From: an uncultured Verrucomicrobiae bacterium | GTDB lineage: Bacteria; Verrucomicrobiota; Verrucomicrobiia; Palsa-1439 | Direction: 5' to 3' | Assembly: GCA_963812605.1 (NCBI GenBank) | Contig: CAWEWF010000005.1 | Coordinates: 192,001-256,000 of the forward strand | Length of the DNA stretch: 64,000 nucleotides | The notes under the pieces: generated by a model | What the model was told of the DNA's origin: nothing | Database searches by the model: none | What the model saw: only the letters and a program-made list of their open reading frames with translations | In this document: positions 8,812 to 18,906 of the stretch, in pieces | How the letters are laid out: every line of letters begins with the position of its first letter | Position numbering within the stretch: position 1 is the first letter of the stretch | Program-made: the position numbers and the translations under genes

Positions 8812-9530
8812 CTCGATCCCGGGGTCGTCCTGGGTTGGGGAAGAACGGCCGGCAGCGCCGCCAGGGCCGTTTCGGCCGCGATGGTTTCCGCCTGTTTCTT
8901 GCTGGCGCCGTGGCCGCGCCCGATCTCGCGTCCTTCCCACTCGACAATCGCCTCGAAGTACTTGCTGTGGTCCGGTCCCGATTCGTGGATGACCCGGTAG
9001 ATGGGGCCGCTGGGAGAGTGGGCCTGGAGCAACTCTTGCAAACGGCCTTTGGGATTCTGGCGGGGCGTGGTTTGCTTGATGTTCGAAAACTCCTCGGCGA
9101 ACTGGGCGAGGATGAACTTGCGCGCGGCGCGGCCGCCGCCGTCGAGGTAAACGGCGCCCAACAATGCCTCGAAGGCGTCGGCAAGATTGGAGAGCCGCTC
9201 GCGGCCGCCGCTGCCTTCCTCGCCCTTGCCGAGCATCAGGTATTTGCCCAGGTCGATGGCCTGGGCGCGGTGGAAAAGGGTGTGGCGGTTGGCCAGGTGG
9301 GCACGAATCTGCGTGAGTTTGCCCTCGGGGTGCTCGGGATAAAGCTTGTAGATGCGATCGGTGAGGATGAGTTGGAGCACGGCGTCGCCGAGAAACTCCA
9401 GGCGTTGATTGTGGTGATTGCTCTCCGTGCCGCGCTCGTGCGCAATGGACGGATGAGTGAGGGCCTCAACGAGGAGATCGTGGTTTTTGAATTCGTAGTC
9501 GATGGTTCGCTGCAGTTTTTGAAATTGCAT
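8808..9530 (-). CDS. rnc: Ribonuclease III
   Basis: ALTHPS, signature NQRLEFLGDAVL, ADAFEALLGAVYLDGG and dsRBD NPKGRLQE...GHGASKKQAE. Confidence 0.96.
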   Translation of the reverse strand: MQFQKLQRTIDYEFKNHDLLVEALTHPSIAHERGTESNHHNQRLEFLGDAVLQLILTDRIYKLYPEHPEGKLTQIRAHLANRHTLFHRAQAIDLGKYLMLGKGEEGSGGRERLSNLADAFEALLGAVYLDGGGRAARKFILAQFAEEFSNIKQTTPRQNPKGRLQELLQAHSPSGPIYRVIHESGPDHSKYFEAIVEWEGREIGRGHGASKKQAETIAAETALAALPAVLPQPRTTPGSS

Positions 9531-9660
9531 GATGGCCGTGTCGCCTTCGCCTGCAGGGGGATGTTGACGCCCTGAAACACGTCAGGGCGCAAAATCCAAC
9601 TGCGATGCGGACCAGTCTACTGAAGGCCGTCCGAAAAATCGAGTTGAATTTCGCGGGTGG

Positions 9661-10557
9661 TTACCGACGCCCCGAGCGCGGGTGGAAACGATAATGGGTT
9701 TCCTTGACGCGGCGCTGATCGACGTGCGTGTAGATCTGGGTCGTCGAAATGTCCGCGTGACCGAGCATTTCCTGGATGACACGCAAGTCCGCACCATTGT
9801 CAAGCAGATGGGTGGCGAAACTGTGGCGTAATGTGTGCGGCGTGATGGTTTTGGTGATACCGGCGGCGCGGGTGTATTTTTTGATGAGCACCCAGATAGT
9901 CTTGCGACTGAGCGCCTGGCCGCGCGTCGAGAGGAAGACTTCGCCAAGGCTCGCGGCCTTCGGAAAGGAACTGCGGGCCTCGCGCAGATAGCGCTGCACC
10001 CATTCAATGGCCTGTTTGCCGACCGGGACGATGCGTTCTTTCTGGCCCTTGCCGACCGCGCGGAGGAAGCCGGCCTCGAAATTGATGTCGCTGAGTTTAA
10101 TGTTGGCGACCTCGCTCACGCGCAAGCCCGTGGCATACATGAATTCCAGCAGCGCTTTGTCGCGCAGGCCGAACTTTGTGTGCGTGTTGGGCGCAGCCAG
10201 CAGTCGCCCGACTTCTTCGTAATCGAGCATGTGTGGGAGCGTCCGCCAGAGTTTCGGTGAATCGATGGTCTGCGTGACATCCGTTGCCAGCAGTTTTTCG
10301 CGGGACAGAAATCGGCAGAACATGCGAATCGCGGCAAGGTGGCGCGCGAGGCTGCGCGGGCTCAACCCGGTTTTGCGGCGGTGCAGGAGGTAGTCGGCGA
10401 TATGCTGTCGTTCGGCGGCGTTGAGCTGGCGGACCCCGCGTTGCTGGAGGAAGCTGGTGAATTGAGCGAGATCGGTCCGATAGGCGAGGCGGGTGTTGGC
10501 AGCCAAACCCCGTTCGACAGTCAGATGATCGAGAAAAGCATCGATCAATTGCTCCAC
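9661..10557 (-). CDS. xerD: Site-specific tyrosine recombinase XerD
   Basis: ERGLAANT..AY, YATGLRVSE, GKGQKERIVP, HTLRHSFATHLL, LGHADISTTQIYTHV and terminal HPRS. Confidence 0.93.
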   Translation of the reverse strand: MEQLIDAFLDHLTVERGLAANTRLAYRTDLAQFTSFLQQRGVRQLNAAERQHIADYLLHRRKTGLSPRSLARHLAAIRMFCRFLSREKLLATDVTQTIDSPKLWRTLPHMLDYEEVGRLLAAPNTHTKFGLRDKALLEFMYATGLRVSEVANIKLSDINFEAGFLRAVGKGQKERIVPVGKQAIEWVQRYLREARSSFPKAASLGEVFLSTRGQALSRKTIWVLIKKYTRAAGITKTITPHTLRHSFATHLLDNGADLRVIQEMLGHADISTTQIYTHVDQRRVKETHYRFHPRSGRR

Positions 10558-10669
10558 GACGCGACCTCCTTGGTTGGCGGAGACTATAATTAGTCCTCTA
10601 AGATTGGGGAAGCTTGTTTATCAGGGAAACGAGCCAGGATGAAAAGCGGACAAAAAAACTCTTCTTTTC

Positions 10670-10687
10670 TGTTTGACATACCAAACA
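10670..10687 (+). promoter_or_regulatory. Palindromic operator overlapping a TTGACA -35 box, putative DtxR/MntR box
   Basis: TGTTTG-ACATAC-CAAACA with TTGACA at 10673-10678, 24 nt before the ATG of the DtxR-family gene. Confidence 0.6.
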
Positions 10688-10710
10688 ATTGGCTTATATC
10701 ACTATCAGAG

Positions 10711-11241
10711 ATGGAAACTTGGAAGGAATTCGAGGCGAACGAGCTAACGCACAGCGCGGCGCATCATCTCCTGGCAATCTACGAGGTCGGCTTGGAGTAC
10801 GGCGGTTGGGCGCGCGTGTCGGACATCGCCCGCGAGCTCAGTATTACGCGCGGCAGCGTATCGATCAACCTGCGGGCCCTAAAGAAACGCGGTTGGGTTG
10901 AGACCGACGAGCATCACATGGTGAAGCTCTCGCCGAAGGGGCAAAAAGCTGCCCAAGCCGTGATGGCGAAGAAGGCCGTCGTGAAGACGTTTTTATCCAG
11001 CGTCCTGAATGTCCCCGAATTGCAGGCGGAAATCGACAGTTGCAAAGTCGAGCATCTCATCAGCCAGCCCACCGGGGAACAGCTCGTGCATTTTATGAGA
11101 TTTCTGGTTTCAGAAGATCCGCTCGCCAAGCAGGTGTTGGCGCGATTCAAGAATTTTCACGATCAGTGTCCGGAGAGCAAGACCTGCGAAGTTTGCCACG
11201 GACACTGCCTGATTGAGGAATTGCAACACGCCGGGCTATGA
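10711..11241 (+). CDS. DtxR/MntR-family metal-dependent transcriptional regulator with Cys-rich C-terminus
   Basis: LTHSAAHHLLAI, ARVSDIARELSITRGSVS HTH, AEIDSCKVEHLIS dimerisation/metal motif and tail CPESKTCEVCHGHC. Confidence 0.88.
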   Translation: METWKEFEANELTHSAAHHLLAIYEVGLEYGGWARVSDIARELSITRGSVSINLRALKKRGWVETDEHHMVKLSPKGQKAAQAVMAKKAVVKTFLSSVLNVPELQAEIDSCKVEHLISQPTGEQLVHFMRFLVSEDPLAKQVLARFKNFHDQCPESKTCEVCHGHCLIEELQHAGL

Positions 11242-11657
11242 AGACTGATCGCACGGAAATCGTTGAAGACTTGAATCGTTTGATGGCTGAGGAACTGGAA
11301 GCGTTCCTCCGCTACTTCCAGATGCGCTACCGCCTGCGCGGCGTGGATCGGCTGGCGGCCGACAAACTTTTCGAGGAGGGTACGCGTGAAACGCTCGAGC
11401 ACGCCGAGGCGATTGCCAAACAGATACGCGCGCTCGGCCACATTCCGGCACTCAAGATCGAATTGGAATTGCGGGGCGGCTCGACCAATTTGCAGGAAGC
11501 GCTGGCGGAGATGCTGGAAGTCGAGCGTCAGGCGCTGGACGCGTACAAAGAGGTTCTGCCACGCGTGACGGGTGACACGATGCTCGAGGATTTCATTCGC
11601 AAGCAAATCAGCGTGGAAACGGAACACGTGCAGGAGATCGCGACGTTATTGGAGTAA
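11238..11657 (+). CDS. Ferritin-like (bacterioferritin/Dps-type diiron) protein
   Basis: LNRLMAEELEA, ETLEHAE, EVERQALDAY and ETEHVQE give a four-helix diiron pattern. Confidence 0.82.
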   Translation: MKTDRTEIVEDLNRLMAEELEAFLRYFQMRYRLRGVDRLAADKLFEEGTRETLEHAEAIAKQIRALGHIPALKIELELRGGSTNLQEALAEMLEVERQALDAYKEVLPRVTGDTMLEDFIRKQISVETEHVQEIATLLE

Positions 11658-11700
11658 GAAGCTTGAGGGTCGCAACCCTCGTTAGACGGGAAACGTAATT

Positions 11701-12789
11701 ATGCATGAGGCAGTCATTTCGTCGCAGCCGGTGGCGGCTTTGGGAACCAAGCCGAGGGCCATGCGCCTGGCGTTTCGGGTCATGCTGTTGGTTGCCGTGT
11801 CCCTCGTGGTCGGCATACTGGTATGGCAGGGCATTACCGCCCACGGCAACCCGGATCCGACGAGTCCCCACACCAGCTCCACCGTGGCGCTTCTGGACAT
11901 TGGCGTGCTCGTGTTCCGCGAAGGGCTCGAATGCATATTGGTGCTCGCAGCGATTACCGCGGGGATGGTCGGGAGCAGCCGGCCACACCGGCGCCCGGTT
12001 GCCTGGGGGGCGGGAATCGGTTTCGTGGCGACGATCGCTACGTGGTTCATCGCGGTGGGAATTGTCAACGATTTGACCGCGAATGTTTCCGCGCTCAATC
12101 TCCAGGCGGCCACCGGTTTGCTGGCCGTCGTGGTTCTGCTGGCAGTCATGAATTGGTTTTTCCACAAGCTTTACTGGGGCGGCTGGATCTCCATGCACAA
12201 CCGCAAGAAAGCGGAACTGCTCCGGAGCGCGGGCGACGCGGAAATATCCGATATGCGACTCCTGCGCGGGTTGTGCCTGTTGGGGTTCGCTTCCTTCTAT
12301 CGCGAAGGGTTCGAGGTGGTGCTCTTTCTGCAAAGCTATTACCTGCGGTTGGGAGGGCGAGTCGTCCTCGAAGGCGCCCTGCTGGGGCTGCTTTTCTCTG
12401 GCATCGTCGCGGTTCTCACGTTTGTGGCGCACCATCGTTTGCCCTATCGAAGAATGTTGGTCTTGACCGGAATTATGCTCGGGTTTGTGCTGCTGGTCAT
12501 GGTCGGTGAACAGGTGCAGGAGATGCAGCTTGCCCACTGGATTACCACGACGCCGATTCAACCGTTGGTGAACGTCATCCCGGCCTGGATGGGTGTATGG
12601 TTCTCGATCTTCCCCACAGCGGAAACGCTCGGTTCCCAATTACTGGCTGCGATCCTGGTCATTGGTTGTTACTTCGCGCCCCGATTTCGACCAGCCAGGC
12701 TGCGCCAGAACGGAGAACCGGCTTTTCAGGATCTTCCCGCGCCGCTGGTGGACGTGACCGAAACGCAGCCCGTTCAATCCGCGAAGTAG
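11701..12789 (+). CDS. FTR1/EfeU-family iron permease
   Basis: Two REGxE motifs (FREGLE, YREGFE) and multiple TM helices. Confidence 0.9.
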   Translation: MHEAVISSQPVAALGTKPRAMRLAFRVMLLVAVSLVVGILVWQGITAHGNPDPTSPHTSSTVALLDIGVLVFREGLECILVLAAITAGMVGSSRPHRRPVAWGAGIGFVATIATWFIAVGIVNDLTANVSALNLQAATGLLAVVVLLAVMNWFFHKLYWGGWISMHNRKKAELLRSAGDAEISDMRLLRGLCLLGFASFYREGFEVVLFLQSYYLRLGGRVVLEGALLGLLFSGIVAVLTFVAHHRLPYRRMLVLTGIMLGFVLLVMVGEQVQEMQLAHWITTTPIQPLVNVIPAWMGVWFSIFPTAETLGSQLLAAILVIGCYFAPRFRPARLRQNGEPAFQDLPAPLVDVTETQPVQSAK

Positions 12790-13352
12790 AGCACGAGACG
12801 CTTGGGGCCGTGCGCGCCCATGACCAGGATCTTCTCGATGTCCGCCGTGCGGCTTGGCCCCGTGATGACCGACAACGCGCTCGGCCAATGCTTGTCGTAA
12901 CGTTTACGCAACAAGGCCATCGCGGTCACGAGATCGGGAATAATCTGTTCGCGGCGGGCAATCACCAGATGCGTCGGTGGCAACACCGATAAAGCCCGTC
13001 CACCGGCGGAAACCGTGGAGACGATCACCGAGCCTGTCTGCGCCACGAGACAATCGCAACGGGTCACCCCCAAATCGCACTCCCGCTCACTGGCGTTGGC
13101 CGCCCCGACTGCTTTGCCGACCAAATCGCTCCCGTCGGTTGCGATTTTTACAAAGCCCTTCAAGAACCCGACCAAGATTTCACGGCTTTTGATGAGCTCA
13201 CCCTTCAAGGCCGCAAACTCCTCGCGGAACCACGCCTCGGGATTCGTGACGGGTGGAAAGATCGGCGCGTTCGTTGGCGGAAGGGGTTGATGCGCTGGAA
13301 CGCGCAACGCGGCGCGGACACGCTCGAGAATATTGTCACGCGCGACGTCCAT
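12774..13352 (-). CDS. lutC: Lactate utilisation protein C (LUD domain, YkgG)
   Basis: LVAQTGSV, RALSVLPPTHL and ITGPSRTADIEKILVMGAHGP. Confidence 0.88.
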   Translation of the reverse strand: MDVARDNILERVRAALRVPAHQPLPPTNAPIFPPVTNPEAWFREEFAALKGELIKSREILVGFLKGFVKIATDGSDLVGKAVGAANASERECDLGVTRCDCLVAQTGSVIVSTVSAGGRALSVLPPTHLVIARREQIIPDLVTAMALLRKRYDKHWPSALSVITGPSRTADIEKILVMGAHGPKRLVLYFAD

Positions 13353-14730
13353 GCCGCCTCCAGTAGTCTTTGAAGCTCTGTTTCGGTGGCGCGGGAAAGT
13401 CACGGGTTGTGGTCCACGGTTTCAAGAGCGGCTGCGCGATACCGAGCCGCAGCGCCAGGTTGCCGAGGCGGCTGGCGATGGCGTACGCCGCGGGCGACTG
13501 CATCGTGGCGAGCCACACCCGGAACAGCAAACGCTGGATCGGGCTGTCGAATTTGTTTTGCACCGCGTTGCGACGGTTGTGGAGCAGGTGATGGTGTAAA
13601 TCAATGCGCACCGGGCAAACGTCCGTGCAGGCGCCGCAAAGCGAGCTGGCGTAGGGCAGATGCGACCATTCCTGCGCGTCACGCAAATGCGGCGTGATCA
13701 CCGAACCGATGGGCCCTTGATAGGTCGTGCCGTAGGCGTGGCCGCCGACATTCTTGTAAATCGGACAAACATTGAGGCACGCGCCGCAGCGAATGCAGTG
13801 CAAGGCATCGCGCTGCTCGGCGTCGGCGAGCAGACGCGTGCGGCCATTGTCGAGGAGGATCACGTGGAATTCCCGGGGGCCGTCGGTCTCGCGCTCCTGG
13901 CGCGGACCACCGATCAGCGAGCTGTACGCCGTGATGGCCTGGCCGGTGCCGCTGCCGGCCAGCAGCGGCCAGAACAGCGCGAGGTCTTCAAAGCGCGGGA
14001 TGAGTTTCTCGATGCCCACGATGGCCACGTGTACGCGCGGCAGCGAGAAGCTGAGGCGCGCATTGCCTTCGTTTTCGGTGATGGCGACCATTCCCGTGTC
14101 GGCGACCGCAAAATTTGCGCCGGTAATTCCCATGTCGGCGGTCAGGAACTCCTGGCGCAACCGGGCGCGGGCAATCATCGTGAGTTCCTCGGCGCTCTCG
14201 GTCAGCGGCGTGCCCAGTTTTTCCTGGAACGTGCGCGCAATGTCGGCCTTGGTCAGGTGCATGACCGGCGTGACGATATGGTAGGGCGGTTCGCCACGAA
14301 TCTGGCAAATGTACTCTCCCAAGTCGGTTTCGACGGTGTGGATCCCCGCCGCTTCGAGCGCGTCATTGAGGTGGATCTCCTCGGTCGTCATCGATTTGGA
14401 TTTGACGACCTTCTCTACACCGTGTTGCCGCGCCAGTTGCAAAACATGCGCGCGCGCGTCCTCCGCCGTTTCCGCCCAGAACACGTGGCCGCCGTTGGCG
14501 AGCACGTTGCTCTCGAACTGCTCCAGGTATCGGTCGAGGTGATTGATGGTCTCCCATTTAATGGCGGCGGCATGAGAGCGCGCATTTTGCCAGTCAGCGA
14601 AGCGCAGCCGACCGCGCGCGACCGCCGCGTCGTAGGTGGCGATGGCCTTCTGGATGACGCCACGATGGCGGAGGTCGGCGGTTTTTTCCGCGGCGGCGCG
14701 TTTGAATTGTTCGAACGCGGTCGTCGTCAT
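13336..14730 (-). CDS. lutB: Lactate utilisation protein B (Fe-S, YkgF)
   Basis: VKSKSMTTEEI, ETDLGEYI, CIRCGACLNVCP and SSLCGACTDVCP. Confidence 0.92.
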   Translation of the reverse strand: MTTTAFEQFKRAAAEKTADLRHRGVIQKAIATYDAAVARGRLRFADWQNARSHAAAIKWETINHLDRYLEQFESNVLANGGHVFWAETAEDARAHVLQLARQHGVEKVVKSKSMTTEEIHLNDALEAAGIHTVETDLGEYICQIRGEPPYHIVTPVMHLTKADIARTFQEKLGTPLTESAEELTMIARARLRQEFLTADMGITGANFAVADTGMVAITENEGNARLSFSLPRVHVAIVGIEKLIPRFEDLALFWPLLAGSGTGQAITAYSSLIGGPRQERETDGPREFHVILLDNGRTRLLADAEQRDALHCIRCGACLNVCPIYKNVGGHAYGTTYQGPIGSVITPHLRDAQEWSHLPYASSLCGACTDVCPVRIDLHHHLLHNRRNAVQNKFDSPIQRLLFRVWLATMQSPAAYAIASRLGNLALRLGIAQPLLKPWTTTRDFPAPPKQSFKDYWRRHGRRA

Positions 14731-15425
14731 GTCGCTGCCAGCACTTCCGCGAGCGAGATCGTCTTGATTGGCAGATTCTGGCGGCGCAGGTAGCCGTCGA
14801 TTTGCATGAGGCAACTCGAGTCGCTGGAGACGACGTATTGCGCGCCGGTTTTCCGGATCGAGGCAACCTTCACCTCGTCCATGGCGTAGGAAATCATCGG
14901 GAATTTCACGGAGAAAGTGCCGCCGAACCCGCAACACGTCTCCGCCTGGTCCATCTCGACCAGTTCGACGCCCTTTACGTTGCGCAAAAGCTGGCGGGGC
15001 TCATCCTTAAGGCGAAGTTCGCGCAACGCGTGGCAGGCGTCATGGTAGGTGACCCGCGCGGGGAACTTCGCGCCAACATCCGTCACGCCGAGCTTCTTCA
15101 CAAGGAATTCCGCGAACTCGTAAGTGTGCTTCGTCGTCTGGGTTGCCTTGCCCAGGAGTTCGGGGTAGAAGTTGCGCACCATCGCCGTGCACGAGGCGGA
15201 CGGGCTGACGATGGTGTCGGCCTCGGCGAAGATCTCGCAGTAGCGTGCGGCCAGGGTACGAGCTTCGTCCCAATACCCGGTATTGAAAGCGGGTTGTCCG
15301 CAGCAGGTTTGCTCTTCCGGGTAATAAACGTCCACATTCAGCCGGCGCAACACCGTGACCATCGCGACGCCTACGTTCGGAAAGAGTTGGTCGATAAAGC
15401 AGGGGATAAATAGCGCGACGCGCAT
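14727..15425 (-). CDS. lutA: Lactate utilisation protein A (CCG-domain Fe-S protein, YkgE)
   Basis: MRVALFIPCFID, QTCCGQP, YHDACH and CCGFGGTF. Confidence 0.9.
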   Translation of the reverse strand: MRVALFIPCFIDQLFPNVGVAMVTVLRRLNVDVYYPEEQTCCGQPAFNTGYWDEARTLAARYCEIFAEADTIVSPSASCTAMVRNFYPELLGKATQTTKHTYEFAEFLVKKLGVTDVGAKFPARVTYHDACHALRELRLKDEPRQLLRNVKGVELVEMDQAETCCGFGGTFSVKFPMISYAMDEVKVASIRKTGAQYVVSSDSSCLMQIDGYLRRQNLPIKTISLAEVLAAT

Positions 15426-15531
15426 CAGGCGAGAACTTACGAACTCGCGGTTCGCGACGCAAGAAGACAATTCGCAAGACGGGCTTGTCGTTTGGCGGGG
15501 TTTCGCGTAATGATTGGCGCGGGCTTTCATT

Positions 15532-16341
15532 ATGACGAATCTTTTTGACCTTTCAGACGATGTGGCGGTTGTGATTGGCGCGACCGGAGTGCTGGGCGGG
15601 GCCATTGCCGAAGGGCTGGCCGCCTCCGGCGCGAAAGTCGCAATCATCGGACGCAACGCGGAGCGCGGCGCGGCTCGCGTCGCGGCCATCAAGAAAAACG
15701 GTGGAACCGCCGCCTTTTTCTCGGCCGACGCGTTGAAACGCGAGGAATTGCGCGCCGCTCACGAGAAAATTGGCCATGCACTGGGCGCGCCGACGATCCT
15801 GGTCAACGCGGCGGGCGGCAACGACCCGAAAGCGACGGTCACCGCCGAGCAGAAGTTCGAAAACATCCCCGCCGCGAACTGGACCAGCGTGTTCGACTTG
15901 AATCTTGTCGGCGGCGTGTTTCTGCCCTGCCAGGAATTTGGCGCGGCGATGGCACAGCGCGGACGCGGGTCAATCATCAACATTGCCAGCGTCTCTGCCC
16001 ATCTGCCGCTTTCCCGCGTGGTGGCGTACTCCGCGGCCAAGGCGGCGGTGGCGAACCTCACGCAATTTTTAGCGCGGGAATGGGCGCGGAACGGCGTGCG
16101 CGTGAATTCGATCACCCCCGGCTTCTTTCCGGCGGAACAGAATCGCGCGTTGCTGTTCAATAAAGACGGCACCCCGACCCCGCGCGCGCAGTCGATTCTC
16201 GGCCACACACCGATGGCCAGGTTTGGCGAGGCGGGGGAATTGGTTGGAGTAGCAATTTTCCTCGCGAGCGGGAAAGCTAGCAGTTTTGTCACCGGGGCTG
16301 ATATCCGCGTTGACGGCGGGTTCCTCGCTCAAACAATATAG
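15532..16341 (+). CDS. SDR oxidoreductase, D-mannonate/fructuronate reductase (UxuB)-like
   Basis: GATGVLG, LVNAAGGN, YSAAK, PGFFPAEQNR and VDGGF. Confidence 0.8.
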   Translation: MTNLFDLSDDVAVVIGATGVLGGAIAEGLAASGAKVAIIGRNAERGAARVAAIKKNGGTAAFFSADALKREELRAAHEKIGHALGAPTILVNAAGGNDPKATVTAEQKFENIPAANWTSVFDLNLVGGVFLPCQEFGAAMAQRGRGSIINIASVSAHLPLSRVVAYSAAKAAVANLTQFLAREWARNGVRVNSITPGFFPAEQNRALLFNKDGTPTPRAQSILGHTPMARFGEAGELVGVAIFLASGKASSFVTGADIRVDGGFLAQTI

Positions 16342-16407
16342 GCGGTTGGCGGGTGAAACGATCGGCAGTTTCCGATCTTCCCGCCGGTTGGCAGGAGTAT
16401 TTCATCG

Positions 16408-17373
16408 ATGAAGCGCATTCTATTGACGACAACTTCGTTCCAGGACACACCGGGAGAGCACCACCAGATGCTCGAAAAGGAAGGCTTTGAAATCGTTCGC
16501 GAACGCGGGCCGTTGCCGGAATCACGCATGCTCGAACTCGTGGCCAAGGGAGACTTCGACGGCTGGCTCATCGGTGACGACACAATTACGCGCGCCGTCA
16601 TCCAAAAATCATTGCCCCGCCTCAAGGTGATCAGCAAGTACGGCATCGGCCTCGACAAGGTGGACATGAAATCCGCGACGGAGTTCGAGCTGCCCGTCAC
16701 GTTCTGTCCGGGCGTCAATCACACGACCGTTGCCGAGCATGTCTTCGGCCTGATGCTCGCGATCTACCGCGATATCGTGCCGCAGTGCAATTATGTGAAG
16801 TCAGGCAATTGGAAGCGTCTCACGGGACACGAATTGTCCGGCAAGACGATCGGCGTCATTGGTCTCGGGCGTATCGGCAAGGAAGTGTCAATCCGCGCCC
16901 GCGCATTTGGCATGAATGTGATTGGCTTCGATCTTTACTGGGATGAGAAGTTCGCCGAACAATATAACGTCCAGCGCGCCGGCATTGTCGAGGATGTATT
17001 GAAAGTCTCGGACATCGTGACACTGCACACCAACCTCACGGATGAGACCCGCCATATGATGAACGCCGAGCGTCTGGCGATCATGAAGAAGGGCTCCGTA
17101 TTGATCAATACCGCGCGTGGCGAACTGGTCGAGAGTAACGATATTGCCGCGGCCCTCAAAAGCGGCCGATTACTCGGGTATGGCGCCGACGTACTTGAAT
17201 CCGAACCGCCACCCAGGGATCATCCGTTGTTTGCGTGTCCGAATGCCGTGCTCACGCCGCACATTGGGAGCCGCACCTACGAGAGCGTCGCGCGGCAGGC
17301 GAAGATGGCGGCGCAGAATCTGATTAATGTTTTGAATGGCCAGCCGCCGGTCGCGCAGGCAAACAAACTCTAA
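16408..17373 (+). CDS. D-isomer 2-hydroxyacid dehydrogenase (phosphoglycerate dehydrogenase family)
   Basis: KYGIGLDKVD, GLGRIG, INTARG and TPHIGS. No ACT domain. Confidence 0.85.
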   Translation: MKRILLTTTSFQDTPGEHHQMLEKEGFEIVRERGPLPESRMLELVAKGDFDGWLIGDDTITRAVIQKSLPRLKVISKYGIGLDKVDMKSATEFELPVTFCPGVNHTTVAEHVFGLMLAIYRDIVPQCNYVKSGNWKRLTGHELSGKTIGVIGLGRIGKEVSIRARAFGMNVIGFDLYWDEKFAEQYNVQRAGIVEDVLKVSDIVTLHTNLTDETRHMMNAERLAIMKKGSVLINTARGELVESNDIAAALKSGRLLGYGADVLESEPPPRDHPLFACPNAVLTPHIGSRTYESVARQAKMAAQNLINVLNGQPPVAQANKL

Positions 17374-17396
17374 CACTCCCACACCGGAGAAAATTT

Positions 17397-18852
17397 ATGC
17401 CACAACAAGCTGACATCGGTCTCATCGGTCTCGCCGTCATGGGCGAGAATATTGTTCTCAACATGGCGAGCAAGGGGTTCACCGTCGCCTGCTACAACCG
17501 CACCGTGGAAAAGGTGGACGCATTCGTCGCGGGTCGCGCCAAGGGCCAGACGATTATCGGCTGCCACAGCATTGAGGAATTGACGGGCAACTTGAAACAC
17601 CCGCGCAAGGTCATGATGCTCGTGAAGGCGGGGCCCGCCGTGGACGATCTCATCGAGCAGTTGCTCCCGCATCTTGAAAAGGGAGATATTGTCATCGACG
17701 GCGGCAACAGCCATTTCACCGACACGATCCGCCGCGTCCAGTACGTCGAGAGCAAGGGGCTGCTCTACGTCGGCACGGGCGTATCCGGCGGCGAGGAGGG
17801 CGCATTGAACGGGCCTTCGCTGATGCCCGGGCGGCAGTCCCGCCGCGTGGCCGCATATCAAGGGCATTTTCCAGAAGATTTGCGCAAAAACTCCCGAGGG
17901 CGAACCGTGCTGCGACTGGGTCGGCGAAAACGGCGCGGGCCATTTCGTCAAGATGGTCCACAACGGCATCGAGTACGGCGACATGCAATTGATCGGCGAG
18001 ACGTACGACCTGATGAAACGCGGGCTGGGTTTGAGCAACGAGGAGATGCACAGGATTTTCGGTGAATGGAACCAGGGCGTGCTCGACAGCTATCTCATCG
18101 AAATAACGCGCGACATCCTGGCCTACAAAGACGAGCAGGGGAATGCGGTGGTTGATTTGATTCTCGACGCAGCGGGCCAGAAGGGCACGGGCAAATGGAC
18201 GGTGATCAGCGCGCTCGATGAGGGCATGCCGTTGACGTTGATCGGCGAGGCGGTGTTCGCGCGTTGCCTCTCGGCGATGAAGGAAGAACGGGTTGAAGCG
18301 TCGAAGCAAATCAAGGCGCGGGTCTCGACGTTCAAGGGCGACAAGGACAAATTCATCAACGACCTGGGCGCCGCGCTTTACGCGTCGAAGATCGTCAGCT
18401 ATGCGCAGGGCTACCAGCTCATGCGCGCCGCGGCAAAGACCTATAAGTGGAATCTCAACTACGGCGGTGTCGCCCTCATGTGGCGCGGCGGCTGCATTAT
18501 CCGTTCCGCGTTTCTCGGTGACATTAAGAAGGCGTTTGTCCGCAACCATGATCTCGTCAATCTTTTGATGGACAAGTTTTTCAAGAGTGCCGTCGGCAAG
18601 CGGCAGACGGCGTGGCGACGCGTGATCGTGCAGGCCACGAAGCTCGGCATCCCCGTGCCGTGTCTCGGTTCCGCGCTGACGTATTTCGACGGCTACCGTG
18701 CCGAGCGCCTGCCCGCGAACCTGCTGCAGGCGCAGCGCGACTTCTTCGGGGCGCATACCTACGAACGCCTGGACAAACCGCGCGGCGAATTTTTCCACAC
18801 CAACTGGACCGGACACGGAGGGACCACGACTTCGCGGTCGTATAACGTGTAG
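17397..18852 (+). CDS. gnd: 6-phosphogluconate dehydrogenase (NADP+, decarboxylating), apparent +1 frameshift near 17830
   Basis: GLAVMG, VSGGEEGA, KMVHNGIEYGDMQ, GQKGTGKWT and QAQRDFFGAH. The two ORFs join if one G is removed from CCCGGGCGG. Confidence 0.92.
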
Positions 18853-18857
18853 CGTGA

Positions 18858-18906
18858 AAATCCAAAATGTCGAAACCCGAAATCCGAAACAAACTCGAAT
18901 GTCGAA
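18858..18906. repeat. Left arm of an imperfect inverted repeat (CGAA-rich units) flanking the four-helix-bundle gene
   Basis: AAATCCAAAATGTCGAAACCCGAAATCCGAAACAAACTCGAATGTCGAA is close to the reverse complement of 19338-19385. Confidence 0.7.

Noticed and set aside
8469-9575. 368-aa ORF overlapping rnc on the opposite strand
   Set aside because: The extension is the antisense shadow of rnc, likely created by a 1-nt error before the TAG at 8809.
9661-10557. Tyrosine recombinase as island or integron integrase
   Set aside because: It has canonical XerD features, lacks the IntI-specific insertion and sits among core genes.
11238-11657. Encapsulin cargo ferritin linked to the capsid-like ORF at 5111-5746
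   Set aside because: No C-terminal targeting peptide, the genes are 5 kb apart in different compositional contexts, and the 211-aa protein looks too short for a full shell protein.
17800-17860. Programmed frameshifting in gnd and other genes
   Set aside because: No consistent slippery motif, and indels are scattered over many unrelated genes, so sequencing error is more parsimonious.
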